Origin: Squalus acanthias
Lineage: Eukaryota
Assembly: GCA_030390025.1 (NCBI GenBank)
Contig: CM059431.1
Location: forward strand, 144,338,001-144,402,000
Direction: 5' to 3'
Length of the DNA stretch: 64,000 bases
Made by a program: the position numbers and the translations under genes. This document shows, piece after piece, positions 37,755-50,590 of the stretch. Below the pieces are notes generated by a model, which was given only the letters and a program-made list of their open reading frames with translations, had not been told where the DNA came from and made no database searches. Each line of letters opens with the position of its first letter. Position 1 is the first letter of the stretch.

Positions 37755-38290
37755 GGTTATGAGCAAAAACGTAGAGGTCGAGGCTCTTCAACATCAGACA
37801 GTTAGAATGACCATCACCGACATCCAAAGTTTCCAGCCAAGGGAACTTTACCTTTTGACCCGCATTGCCCTCAGTCTACTGGGGCTCATTGGTGCCAAAA
37901 GGAGTCAAATACCACCTTGTTATCGAGGGGATTTACGGTCACCTCCGCTCTGGTATTTAACTCTTGCATCAATGAACAATTCTGGACCCGAGGATTTCAG
38001 GCACCACCCGCACTGAGCGTCCTTGAGCAGGTTATTGATGAGTGAATGTTGCTTGATGTCGCTATTGAAGAGTCCATCCATAACTTTGCTGAACATTGTG
38101 AGGTGGCTGGAATGGAGGTAATTGGCTGGATTCATACTGTCCTTAATTTTATCGATAGGCCATAACTGGTCATCCAACCAGTCAAACAATCATGGTCAAC
38201 ATGTGAGGTAAGACGCAATATAAAGGTAAAATAAGTGACTCTCACTCATGCCAATGCATGCGGTAATCCAATGGACTGGGAGAAACACTC
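37755..38290 (-). pseudogene. Arenavirid-like NP exonuclease-domain fragment
   Basis: ANYLHSSHLTMFSKVMDGL/AKYSHGIDVTDLFATQPGL with identical spacing; VVFDSF/AVWDQY. Confidence 0.55.
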
Positions 38291-38309
38291 AAAACAGAAA
38301 TGGGACACA

Positions 38310-39365
38310 CAAAATATTAAGAGCAGCAAAATGGAATACGAAACAAATATTGCAAGTAATGCAATTGCTAATTACTAGAAACATGTAACTCGTGTATAAC
38401 TTTATTTAGAGTAGGGGAGTGGCTGAGTGAGTTGTGTTCCAATTAAAGACAGACAAGAGTGATACCATAATAACTAACATGGCAACAGCAGATTTATTCA
38501 ACAGTTACTTTTTATCGGTTTTCCCAGTAGAGGAAGAGGACAAACAACCAGTGATCGAAGGGAAACTAAAAATAAATCTAGCGGAGGATCTAACTGTATT
38601 TATAATAGTGAAAATGTTTATGGAAAAAATAATGGGACTCAGGATATATAAATCTCCAGTACCTGATGGTTTCCACACAAGTAGGAGTAAAAATTTCAGA
38701 ACCGTTTGTTATAATCTTTCAAAGCTCTCTTGATTCGGGAATTGTGCCGTTAGACAGAATAATTCCTATTTAAGATTGTGAGATAGAGAAACCAGGAAAC
38801 TTCAGGCCTTTCAATTTACCTTCGGTTGAGGGAAAGCTACTAGAATCGATCTTTAAAGATAGATTGACTGAGCCATTGAGAAAATAAAAGGTGGCCAGAG
38901 AAAGCCAGCATTGCTTTATTAAAGGTAAATAATGCCTGATTAATCTAGTTCACTTAATGAGTAGATCTCTAATAATGTAGACATAGGAGTGCCTATGGAT
39001 GTTACCTATGTGGATTGCAGAAGTAATTGAATAAGTTTCGACACAAAATAAAAGTTACAAAAATGAGAGTGCATTGAATTGGATGCAGCCTTTTAACTTG
39101 GGGTAAAATTGTGAGGGATGTCGGAGACAGTGCGAATCAATGGTGTGTACTCAGATTGATGTGTTGTGTAATGGGGTACTGTTTTCCCTTAAGAATAGAA
39201 GATTGAGGGCGATCTGATCGAGGGGTTTAAAATGTTAAAAGGATTCGATGAGGTAGATAGAGAAAAAATATTTCCTCTGATCGGGAAATCAAGAAAGAAC
39301 GGAAATAATTGAACCTTTGAATGAGGCCTTAACCTACTGAAACTACAAAATAGGCAAAGTTGAAT
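38310..39365 (+). mobile_element. Highly decayed CR1 fragments
   Basis: ADLFNSYF.SVF, KSPVPDG and LRGDLIE-like motifs. Confidence 0.8.
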
Positions 39366-39367
39366 TT

Positions 39368-39590
39368 TTAACATGGAGATGTGTGACCAAACAGACAAGA
39401 ATATCGAAGAGCAACATTAGGCAGCTGCTGGCTCATTATTGTAGGCACCATTTCTCCAGCCTGTAACAGTATTCCGTGAAGAGAATGGGGGATGGGCTGT
39501 TGGAACATGCGTGTACTTTGTTTTCGCTGCAACACGTTCAATAGCTTTGATATATCGTGTATGGTGGATGGGGAATCAGACATGCAACAA
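39368..39590 (-). pseudogene. Arenavirid-like NP exonuclease-domain fragment
   Basis: RK..F..HSLHGILL..VPTIMS..LP / RK..F..HSHGILM..MPGVLS..LP. Confidence 0.5.
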
Positions 39591-40129
39591 GAGGCGGAAG
39601 CTAATCAGATATGGGGCAGGTGGAAAGGAAAGGAGAGACAGATACAGATATAGAGCAGGAGAGCGCTGGAATGTTGGAAGATCGGGCACGGAAAAGGAGG
39701 AAAGAAAGTTAAGTGTAAAATTAGGACTTCAGCAGGTGGGGATGGATTAAGTGGTTAGGGGAGAGTTAGGGTGGAGGAAGACTGTGGAGCTGGAGGCAGT
39801 TACAGATGGAGTGCGACATTGAGGCATGGAGCAGGTGGATGGAATGTTCATCTGCGGAAGGGAAGTTACTACAAAATCGGACATAGAGCTCATAGGAATG
39901 GCAACAGGGGGAAGAACAGAAATGGAACCGGTGGGGGAGGGAAGCAAACATTAAAGACCTGACACAGCACTGGTGGGAGCAGCCGACAGGTAAAAGGCAG
40001 GGATGTCAGACACGGAGCAGGGGGAGCTGTAAACAGACTGGGAGCGGCAGCACACAGAAGCAGGAAGGGGATTGAGACACGGAGCTGTCGCAATCGGTAG
40101 ACAGAACTTTTAATATTTGTATTAAATAC

Positions 40130-41110
40130 AAATACTAATTAGCAAATCAATTTAATGTTCAGAGTTTCCCAGTCTCATAATCATTTGACTCCGTTTCTAA
40201 ACTGTGAAAATAAAGATGACATGAAAATGTGAAATTACATCACGACCACTAAAAGGTAACAGGCAGATGAAGCCGAAATATCAGTTGTTTACCGCACACA
40301 TTGACCGATTCAGATCCAGTTACTGAAACCCGGAGCCTGAGACTCATTGGTGTGAGCATCCTGATCAAGGCCCAGACTGGTACTCATTAACTAGAGGCAA
40401 TTTGCTGCAGATTATTAGCAGCGATCTTTGCCCCTTACCATCGCAGCCCTTCTCTGGTCCGAAAATAAATTGGTTTTATGGTTAATATTAATATCAAATT
40501 GATGATCTGAAACTGATTCCCGCTACAGAACACGGTTTCACTGCAGGGTCTTCTGAACCGCAGATGGAAGAGCTGTGGGGAAATGTAGTCAGTGTTCCCA
40601 CACAGAAGATTAATGACTCTGGGTAAAATGTCAGCAATTATTCAGTACAATTCAATCCAAATAAAATCGTGTGTGATTCTGATCGAACCCTGCACCAGAG
40701 AACAGGGCAAGGAGGGATTGTACTGATCAGGCTGAAGGTCGGGTTTATGACTGTGATGTGCAACTTATCTTTACCCAGGGTGTGTTCATTAACCTGCTGA
40801 ACACACAACGCTAACCTACCCAGACTCTCTGGAGCCAGAATCTGGAGCCGCAGCACAAGGTAAGAAACCGCAATATACTGCGTAAAATTTTTATATTCTA
40901 AAATAGCGAAATTGCCGTTTATTTGTGCAGTAGTTAAAAGAAATAGACAGGTTAATAGAACAATAATGGACAGGTAACAACGGATGAATTTTCAGAAATT
41001 AATTTACTGGGAGTTGAGTTATTTGACAAAATAAAACTTCCCAATGCAATTCTACAGGCTCTAATTCTGCTGCTGTAAAAATTATTCAAGTACATTTGTC
41101 GTTTATTGTA
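40130..41110 (+). pseudogene. Arenavirid-like NP copy, paralogous at DNA level to 37054-37750
   Basis: LFTA..IDRF/IYTA..LDRL; LTRGNLLQII/LDGGNMLETI; IEPCTREQGKEGLY/IEGRPEDPVEIALY; 40420-41110 aligns with 37054-37750. Confidence 0.75.
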
Positions 41111-43285
41111 CGCTTAGAAAACGAAGAGTCAGAAGTCGTTGCCATAATGTCATAGAATTATAGAACACAGAAGGAGGCCATTCGGCCCATCGTGCCTGTG
41201 CCGGTACTTTAAGAAAAAAATCCAATTAGTCTTGCTCTTTTGATCTGTCAACTGAAACTTACATTTTTCTCACCTTTAAGTCGTTATCCAATTCCCTTTT
41301 AAAAGTTACTATTGCATTTGCTTTCACCACCATTGCAGGCAGTGCATTCCAGATCATAATAACACGATGCCTACAACAATCCCCTCATCTCACATCTGGC
41401 TCGTTTGGCAATTGCATTAAATCTGTGTCCTCTGTTTACTGACCCTTCTGCCAGCAGAAACAGTTTTTCCTTATTTACTCTGTCAAAAAAGCTTCATGAA
41501 TTTAAACACCTCCATTAAATCTCTCTGCTGTAAGAACAAGCCCAGCTTCTCCAGTCTCTATATTAAACTGAAGTCCCGCATCTCTGTTACACTAGTAGTA
41601 AATCTCATCTGCGCCCTCTCCAAGGCCTTGACAGCCTTCCTACAATGTGGTGCATAGAATTGGATACAATGCTGCAGCTGACGCAGAACCAGTGACTGAT
41701 AAATGCTGAGCCTAACGCCCTTGATTTTGTACTCTCTGGGCAAAACTGTGGCAGATGGAGATCAGTTTGTGAAATTGTGAGATCATCCACTTTGAACCTG
41801 AAAAAGATAGATCAGAGTATTTCCAAAATGTCGAGAAGCTAGGAACTGTGGATGAGCCGGGAGATTTAGGGGTCCAAGTACAGCAATCACGAGAAGCCAG
41901 TCGATGTGTACAAAAATAATAAAAAGGCTAATGTAACGTTGGCCTTTATCTCAATAGGGCTGCAATACAAACTGGTAGAAGTTACGTCACAACTGTGCAG
42001 AGCCCAGGTTGGATCTAATTGAAAGTACCATGTTATGTTCTGGGCACCGCACCTCGAGAAGGAGATCTTGGCTTTGGAGGTGGTGCAGTTGAGTTTCACC
42101 AGAATAATACCGAGGCTAAAAGGGTAAAATTATGAGGACTTATTACATAGATGAAGCATGTATTCTCTTCATTTTGCAATATTAAGGGGTGATCTAATTG
42201 AAGTATTTATAATGATCTATGGAATTGATAGGATAAAAAGAGATATAATGTTTCCTCTAATGAAGGAGTCCAAAACGAGGGGGCATAACCTTAAAATCAG
42301 AAATAGTCCGTTCACAGGTGAAGCTAGAAAGCACGGCTTCAAACACAGGGTCTTGAAAAACTGGAACATTCGCCTTCAAAAAGCTGTTGAGGCTCAGACA
42401 ATTGAAAATATCAAAACTAATATTGACAGATTTTACAGTACCAAGGCAGGTAGATGGAGTTTCGATAAAGATCAGCCATTATCTCATTGAATGGCGGAAC
42501 AGGCTCGAGCGAATGAATAGCCTACTCATATTCCTTTGTTCCTAATTCCTATGCCTCTATTTATACAGCCAAGGATTCATTATACTTTTCAAAAAAGTCT
42601 TATGAAATTCTCCTGCCATCTGCAAATATTTCTGTACGTATGACCCCACATATGTCTGTTCATGCACCCCTTTTAATATTGTACTAGTTAGTTTATATTG
42701 AATCTCCTCATTCTTCCTTCCAAAATGCATCACTTCACACTTCCCTTCATTTAATTTCACCTGTCATGTGTCTGCCCATTTCACCAGGCTGTCTATTTCC
42801 TCCTGACGTCTTTTGCTGTGCTTCTGATGGTAGACTACTTTTCAGAGTTTAGTTGCATCTGCAAACTTTGAAATTATACCTTGTATACCAAGTCCAATTC
42901 ATTCATATATATCAAAAAGAGCAATGGTCGTAACACCGGCCCCTGGGCTTACAACCGTATGCTTCCCTCCACTCTGAAAAATATTGTTTCGCCACTATTT
43001 TCTGCTCACTTTCCCTAAGTCAATTTAGATCCACGCTGCCATTGCACCTTTAATATAATTGGCTTAAATTTTGCTAACAAGTCTATTTTGTTGTATTTAA
43101 TCAATCGCCTTCTGAAAGTCCATATACACATCATCAATTGTACAACCTCCATTAACCTTCCACTTTATTTCATCGAAGAACTCAATCAATTCATTCGGAC
43201 ATGATTTGCTTTTAACAAAGCTGTTTGGAAGTCAATTATTAGCCCATGCTCTTCCAAGTGACAAATTATTTTATCTCATATTAGA

Positions 43286-44282
43286 GGCCCGTATTTTCCA
43301 ATGCCTACGGGTGTGTACAAGCTGTGTACACGCCCCTAGGGACATCGGAAATGCCGGTTTCAGGCATGCGAAGCGCATGTGCTGAAAACCGGCATTTCCG
43401 ATCTGTCAAAAATCCTCTTGACAGGTGGGACGCCTGCCCTGGAGAAAGGCGTCTGCGGGCGGAGAGTTCCACTTTCTGCAGAACCTCCGCCCGCTGAAAT
43501 CACTTAAAATTCTTACGATAGCAAAATACTGCGGATGATCGAAATCCAGAACAACAACAGAAAACGCTGTAAAAACTCAACAGGCCAGGCAGCATCCGAT
43601 GAGAGAGAAACAGAGTTAACGTTTCAGTTTGAAGACCTTTCGTTCTGACGAAAGGTCTTCGACCTGACACGTTAACTCTGTTTCTCTCTCCACGGATGCT
43701 GCCTGGCCTGTTGAGTTTTTACAGCGTTTTCTGTTGTTCTTTTTAACATTCTTCCGCCTGGTAACAGCAGGCATAAGGCCTGCTTTTACAAGCATAAGAG
43801 TTTAAAAAAGTAAACAAGTATTTTTTTCACTCATTTATTATTTAAATATACATTTAATAAAGGAAAGTTTATTATTAGCCCCGTAAAAATCTTTAATTAT
43901 TTTATTCAAAAATGTAATTTTTGTTTAAAATATTAAATTTAATGTAATTTTAACTCATTTAAAAACGTGATTTTTAAAAAAAATGTATTTAATCGTTTAG
44001 TGTCTTTTTTCAGTGATTCCCCATTCATACTTTTGACAGGTCCATCTTTCGAAACTGTGAAGAGGGATTCCCTTCTTTCATTGGCTAGCCTGGCCCACGT
44101 GATCACAGGGTCGCTTGCGAAACGCATGCGCTCCTGGGATACCTGGGCCCTGCGCATTTGTACTGTGGAGAGGCCCAGGATCAGAAGTGTCCGGACCTCG
44201 GGAGCCCTCAGGTGAAGACCTAGATTTTTTCCCGATAGGAGGTATCCGCACGTAGGAAGCCTCCTATCGGAAATAAAGGGCC
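43286..44282. mobile_element. Harbinger-like non-autonomous transposon nested in CR1
   Basis: TIRs ggcccgtattttcc / ggaaataaagggcc; shares the ccggttt..aaaccggca hairpin with 16172-16915. TSD unclear. Confidence 0.7.
43518..43740. mobile_element. Penelope-like family B hairpin with hammerhead-like core, nested in the transposon
   Basis: About 90-bp inverted arms centred near 43643; ctgacgaaaggtcttcgacctgacacgtt; degenerate TSD ttaaaattcttacg / ttaacattcttccg. Confidence 0.8.
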
Positions 44283-44864
44283 ATTGTCTCTAGAAGTCAT
44301 TGCAGTTGCTTGGTTTATCTCTCTCCTCTATTTTTGAACAGTGGTGTAATATTTGTTTCTCCCCCCCCGCCCCGGTCCTCTGGCACCACTCCCATTTTCC
44401 ACGGAAAATTGACAGATTGTGGTCAGAGCCTCCACAATTTCCACTCTTACTTCCCTCAGCATCCCATTCAGACCGGCTGAGTTTTATATTTTGAGCGATG
44501 TCCACCGATTTAGTACCACCCCTTTAACTATTTATTTCCTATCCGATTTCACTACATTTACAGTAAATTGTTAGCATCCTCTTCTCTATTGAAGAAAGAT
44601 GCAAAGAGCTCATTTAGTACCTCAGCCATGCCCGCTGCGTCCACAAGAAAATTGCCTTTTATGTCCTTAATCGGCCCCAACTTTTCTTCGACTACCCTTT
44701 TACAGTTGATATGTTTATAAAATACATTAATTTTCCCTTTTATATTATCGCTAACAATTCCTCATACATACATGCTATGCCCATTCTGCAAGTTTATTAA
44801 TGTCCACCTGTAATTTGTTGCAGTCCTCCTCAGTATTGACTATCACTCCCAATTTGTTGTCATC

Positions 44865-45125
44865 TGGAAATACTGATAATGTGCATGAGACCAAATACTG
44901 AATTTGGGCCATAATGTAACAAGTGATGACAATTTGACGAAAGCTATGAAAGATGTCAAAGCGGAACTGTTGTGAAACCACATGTGTACGTGCAGAATCT
45001 GCTTTGCTTTGCAAAAAATCATCTTGGTGAACTGTTTAGATGGAACTGAAACTGAGACGTGACAATTAGGCTATTACTTCAGTGGAAGACTCTTGGTGAT
45101 ATTGTGGACTAACAATTAAATGTTG
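44865..45125 (+). pseudogene. Arenavirid-like NP N-terminal fragment, paralogous to 50330-50600
   Basis: QILNLGHNVTSDDNL/SILRVGTLTSDDLL; DVKAELL*N/DVKNAELLNN. Confidence 0.65.
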
Positions 45126-45144
45126 AAATAAAAAGAAAAGAAAG

Positions 45145-46165
45145 ATGGAGGTACCTAGTTGCGTTTCCCAGTGCACGGTACTCGGACCACTGCTGTTTAT
45201 AATATACATTAATGACTTGCACCTTTGGGTACGGCGAAGCATTTCGAAATTTGCAGCTAACACGCAACGTAGAAGGGCAGTAAACAGTGAGGAAAATAGC
45301 AATAGATTTCAAAAAGTCATAGACAGGCCGGTGGAATGCACGGACATGTCTTAAATGAAATTCACGCAGAGAAGTGTGAGGTGTTACATTTTGGTACTAA
45401 GAATGTGCAGGGACCATGCCTACTATGTAGTACAATTTTAAAAAGGATGAAAGAACAGAGAGACCGGGGGTGTATTTTTAATAAATGCTTGACATTGGCT
45501 GGACAATTTAGCAAAGCATTTAATAAAGGATATAGGGATCCTGGGCTCTATAAATAGAGGTATTGAATGCCAAAGCCAGGAAGCTATACTAAACTTGTAT
45601 AAAACGCTCGTTCCACACCAGCTGGAGTAATGTTTCCAATTCTGGACACCACACTTTAGGAAGGCCGTGAAGGCTTCGGAAAGGGTACAGAAGAGCTTTA
45701 CTAGAATGGTTCCAGGAATGAGGGATTACAGTTATCGGTATAGACTAGAGAAGCTGGTGTTGTTCTCCTTGAAGCAGAGAAGGCTAAGAGGAGATTTGAT
45801 GGAGATGTTTAAAATCATGAAGGGTTTATATAGAGTGAATAAAGAGAAATTGTTTCAAATGAGTGAATGGTCGATAACGAGAGGGCACAGTTTTACGGTG
45901 ATTGGCAAACGAACCAGAGTCCACTTGAGGGAAAACATTTTTACACAGCGAGTGGTTAGGATTGGGAATACAATGTTTGATCGGGTGATGGATACAGATT
46001 CAATTGTAAATAACAAAAGGGAAATAGATAAATACTTGAAAAAGACAAAATGCAGGGAAATAGGGAAAGAGTGGGGGAGTGGGACTAACTGGATTGCTCT
46101 TTGAAAGAGCAAGCGCAGACGCGATGGGCCGAATGGCCTCCTTCTATGCAGTACTATTCCACGAT
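45145..46165 (+). mobile_element. CR1 3' portion
   Basis: VLGPLLFIIYINDL, RRLRGDL and TRGH motifs. Confidence 0.9.
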
Positions 46166-46696
46166 TCTTTTTAGCGACTGTCACAACCTCAGATCGTCCC
46201 AAAGCGCTTTGCAGAAAATTAAGCATTTTTGAATTGCTGTCACTGTTGTAATTTAGGAAACACGGCAGCTAAATTTGCACACAGCAAGCTCCAACTACAG
46301 CAATGCGGCAATGATTGGGTAATCTGTCTTACAGTGATGATGGTTAAGGACCAATATTGGCTCGAACACCGGGGGAACTCGCCTGCTGTGCTTCGAAAAT
46401 AGTGCCATGGGCTCGTTCTCGTTCTCCTGAGAGGGCAGACGCGGCCCTCATTTTAACGTCTCTTCTGAAAGACAGTACCACAGATAGCGCTGCACTCCCT
46501 CAATACTGCACTCTGAGTATTGGCCTCGATTTTGTGCAAAAGCCTCTGGTGAGGCGCTTGAACCCAAAGTCTTCTGATTCAGAGGTGCCCCTATGCTTGA
46601 CATGGTTCACCTCACTCTGACCTCTAAATCAGAAAGTCGTGGGTTCAAGTCCCACTGCACAGAGTTGAGCACATATTCTGGGTCAACACTTCCGTT

Positions 46697-46823
46697 CACC
46701 TGACGAAGGATCAGCGCTCCGAAAGCTTGTGATTTAAAAAAAAACTGTTGGTCTATAACCAGGTGTTGTGCGACTTCTCATTGTTGTCCACCCCAGTGCA
46801 ACACCGGCATCTCCGCATCATGG
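46697..46823 (+). mobile_element. Single-arm Penelope-like family A fragment with hammerhead motif, inserted in a SINE
   Basis: Begins cacCTGACGA; TSD acacttccgtt at 46686-46696 and 46824-46834. Confidence 0.85.
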
Positions 46824-47094
46824 ACACTTCCGTTGACAGTGCTGAGGGAGCGTTCTTCTGTCAGCGATTCCGTCTTTCGGATAAGACGTTAAATCGGGGC
46901 CCTGTCTTTCTCTTAGATGGACATAAATGATCCCTGACACTATTGGAAGAAGAGCAGGGGAGTTCGCCCCCGTGTTCGGGCATGTATTTATCCTTCAACC
47001 AGCATCATTAAAGAAACAGATTGACGGTGTATTGCTAATTGTGGGAGCTTGCTGTGCGCAAACTGGCTGCTGTGTTTCCCATATTACAATATTA

Positions 47095-48460
47095 AATAGG
47101 ATTACATAGGATATACGGCTCAGAAACAGTCCATTCTGCCCAACCAATCCAAACTGGCATTAATGCTCCACTCGTGCCTCCTCCTGTCTTTACTCATCTG
47201 AATCTATCATCATAATCCTCTACTCCCATCTCCCTCATATGCTTCCATAGCCTCCTCTTAAATGCATCTAAACTATTCGCTTCAACCACTCCCTGTGTTA
47301 GCGAATTCCAGATTCTCAACAGTCTTTGGGTAAAGAAGTTTCTTCTGAATCCCCTGCTGGATTTATTTGTGACTATCTTATATTGATGCCCTTTAGTTAT
47401 GCTCTACCCGACAAATGGAAACATTCTATCTATATCCACTCTTACAAAACCTTCCATAATTTTAAAGACATCTATTCGGTCGCCCCTCAGCTTTATTTTT
47501 TTCAACAGAAAAGAGACCCAGCCTGTTCATCCTTTCCTGAAATGTATACCCTCGCATTTCTGGTATCATCCTTGTACATCTTTTCTGCACCCTATTCAGT
47601 GCCTCTATATCCTTTGTATAATATGGCGACCATAACTGTACGCACTCTAAGTGTGGTCTAACTAAGGTTCGGTACAGGTTTAGCGTAACTTGCCTACTTT
47701 TCAATTCTATACTTTTAAACACTAGTGCATTTTTTTTATTTGTATGGCCTTGCTAACCTGTGTCGCAACTTTTAGTGATTTGTTAATTTGTACTCCGAGA
47801 TCCGTTTGTTCCTATACCAGACCTTGACTCGCACCATCCAAGTAATAAGCGCCCACCCTATTCTTCCGACAAAAATGCAATACCTCACATTATCTGTGTT
47901 GAACTTCATTTGTAAATTATATGCCCATTCTGTAAGTTTATTAATGTCCTCCTGTAATTTGCTGCAGTCCTCCTCAGTATTGACTATGCCACCCAATTTG
48001 TTGTCATTTGCAAATTCAGAAATTGTGTTGTTGATTCCAAAGTCTAAGTCGTTAATATAAATTGTGAACAGCAGTGGTCCCAGCACTGATCCTTGTGGAA
48101 CCCCACTACCCACCTTCTGCCACTGTGAATAGCTACCCTTTACCCCTGCTCTCTGCTCTCTGTCTTGAAGCCAGCTAACTATCAATTCCGCTACTTGTCC
48201 CCTGACTCCACATTCTCCGACCTTGTTCATCAGTCTATTACGGGGTATCTTATCGAAGGCCTTTTGAAAATCTAGATAAATTACATCTACTGCAGTACCA
48301 TTGTCTACGCTCTCGGTTACCTCTTCAAAAAATTCAATGCATTTGGTAAAGCAGGACTTTCCATTTTCAATTCCATGCTGACTATTCATTAGTATGTTTT
48401 TGGTTTCTAGATGTTCTTCCATTTTCTCCTGTTGTAGGGATTCCATTATTGATCTTACCA
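47095..48460 (-). mobile_element. CR1 RT and 3' end, same subfamily as 10950-13340
   Basis: ORF 47772-48476 with YLDFQKAFD and VPQGSVLGP; (cctatgtaat) tail. Confidence 0.95.
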
Positions 48461-48559
48461 CCATAATATTGACCACACTGGATTAGCTGTAAAGCGCTTC
48501 GGGGCATCCTGAAATCGCCAATCATGATATAAATGAGGGTTCTTTCTTTATGTCTTTCT

Positions 48560-48900
48560 CTGACCACTGGCGAACTCAATCACGGAGACAAATCGAATCC
48601 CACCACCTACATTGGGCCAAGATGGCCTTATCCAATTCAATATTTGAGTTCACTTGCATCCTGTTTTATGTCTTCCGTGTGGTTCATGATCGGAAATAAA
48701 TGATCAGTCTTCCCTTTCATAATAGTTCCCAAAGTGACTGCCAACTTTGACAGGGAATTGCAGCATAAAGTGGAAATACTGAGAGTGAGTATAAGATTAT
48801 GAGCTGAGTTTTTGGATACACAGTAATGCCACTGTGATGAAGAGTATCAAGGATATCAATAGAGAACATTTGATTATTGGGATCGATTAATTTTTGATGG
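48560..48900 (+). pseudogene. Arenavirid-like NP fragments (end of one core domain, start of another copy)
   Basis: GDKSNP..WPY/GERNP..WPY; TANFDREL..LRVSI..AEFL/TQSLRREL..IKLQV..AQAL; MKSIKDINRE/LNKLRDLNKE. Confidence 0.6.
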
Positions 48901-49004
48901 ATAAATTTTTGAGAGATTTTGAGTAAAGGCGGAATAATAGAATTGAAGTATAGATCAGCCATTTTATATCTCAATATTGCAGTATTTTCGTGGGGGCGGA
49001 ATCT

Positions 49005-49690
49005 TTCGTCCTGTGACGACGTAATAGGAACAGGGGTTGAACAGCTTCCTCCTGGTCCTATGTAAAGGCTCGAGGAACTGAATTTCATCATGATTTTCCT
49101 AATTAAATGTAACGTGGGGTTAAATGACCTCCTCCGTTTCCTATGTAACAGACGTGAGGTGGTGAATGGCCTCCTCCTGTTCCAATGTAAAAGCTCGAGG
49201 GGTTGAATGGCCTCCTCCTGTCACTACTTAGCAGGCTCCGGCGGGCCGGCCTGGGGTGGGAGAAGCAAATTATTCTCAGGTTACTAGGAAACAGTGATGC
49301 GGAGATGCCGGTTTTGGACTGGGGTGGGCAAAAGTGACAAGTCGCACAACACCAGGTTATAGTCCAAAAGTTTTATTTGAAATCACAAGCTTTCGGAGCG
49401 CTGCTCCTTCGTCAGCACTTCACCTGACGAAGGAGCAGCGATCCGAAAGCTTGTGATTTCAAATAAAAATGTTGGACTATAACCTGGTGTTGTGCTACTT
49501 CTCACCTAGTTAATAGGATTGAGGGTCTGCAGAGCCTATTTCTCTGCGTATGTGACAGGCTCGAGCTGCAGAATGGCCTCCCCCATTGCCTATGCAACAG
49601 GCTCGAGGTGCAGAATGGCCTCTTCCTGTTTCTATGTAACAGTATCGAGGGTCTGAATGTCCTCTTCCTGTCCTATGATTCTAAGAGCTT
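49005..49690 (+). repeat. Degenerate tandem repeat of about 41 bp derived from a CR1 3' terminus
   Basis: Repeated acaggctcgagggg.tgaatggcctcctcctgttcctatgta. Confidence 0.7.
49295..49505. mobile_element. Penelope-like family A hairpin (ggagcagcgctcc subfamily) with hammerhead motifs
   Basis: Inverted arms around a cacttcac spacer; degenerate TSD gttactagga / gttaatagga. Confidence 0.85.
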
Positions 49691-49699
49691 GAATGACTA

Positions 49700-50040
49700 C
49701 CCGGTTTCCGCCTGAAGCCAGGAGAGACACGGTCGCTAATTCCTCATTTAACAGGCATGCGTGGTGTCTACCTCAAGGGATCAGGTAGTTATTGGAAAGG
49801 AAGCTACACAGCTGCCGAGTCACCAATTAGCATAAAGAGCTTTGCTCCTCTCCAATTGTAAACTGATCTTATAATCATCAGCTGGAGTACCTCCAATCGA
49901 AATCCCACAATCCTGTACTTGTGCAAAAGCTGACAGTTAACTTGGAAAATAATTTTAACAATTAAATTCCTATCAACAATATGGAAGCGACAAAGAGTAT
50001 CATTGAATGTGCAGCACATATCAGACCATTTCAACTCACT
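49700..50040 (-). pseudogene. Arenavirid-like NP exonuclease-domain fragment
   Basis: ISIGGTPADDYKISL/MDIEGRPEDPVEIAL (49859-49903); after frameshifts H(G)LLNEELATVSPG/HGLLLKDLADAQPG. Confidence 0.65.
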
Positions 50041-50119
50041 GGTGCATACCGGTGCTCATGCTCCACAGAAGCCTCCCCCCATACCTCTTGATCTAAGCCT
50101 ATCAGCATAAACTTCTAAA

Positions 50120-50590
50120 CTGTCCAAACAGGATTTTAATTAACTCAAAAGTTGAATTGGAAAAGGCCATCTGATCCCATGAGGATGGTGGGGTTGAATC
50201 TGCTCAACCACAGGGCTCCCTGATGAGGTGCAACCCGGTGGTCAATGCACTTCCTAACCGCATTCCATCGATTTGATCATTAGAATCTCGTTAATCAATA
50301 TGTCCCGGTTAAGGAGAGATTTGCCCCATCAGATGGAAATACTGAAAATGTGCATGAGGTCAAAGGCTGGAGTTGGGGCCTAACAGAAGTAGTTATGACA
50401 TATTGACGAAAGCTGTGAAAGATATCAATGAGGAACTGTTGATGAAACTCATGTATGCGTGCAGATTCTGTGTTGCTTTGCAGAAAATTGCTGATCTGTT
50501 CGTTGGAATTTGAAACTGAGACGTGACAAGTTAAAGCTGTCATTACAGTGGGAGTCTGTTGGTGATATTCTTTACTAACCATTAAATGTC
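50120..50590 (+). pseudogene. Arenavirid-like NP N-terminal fragment
   Basis: EL-x11-VESAQ/EL-x11-VKDAQ; SRLRRDL/KRLRDL; ALQKIADL/AVQALTDL. Confidence 0.6.

Larger units (their letters stand above)
41150..44760. mobile_element. Stack of CR1 fragments (41150-41740 -, 41745-42550 +, 42557-44760 -)
   Basis: CR1 RT and 3' UTR motifs in both orientations. Confidence 0.85.

Noticed and set aside
39590..40095. Overlapping ORFs in a G/A-rich stretch
   Set aside because: Low-complexity sequence with no recognisable domain.
46600..46680. tRNA-like sequence with a B box (also about 26340-26410, 51510-51580 and 62875-62945)
   Set aside because: Decayed SINE heads, not intact tRNA genes.
50390..50510. 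DED/PEA-15-like pattern YDILTKAVKDINEELLMKLMYAC
   Set aside because: No exon structure; it and its paralogue fit arenavirid NP better.
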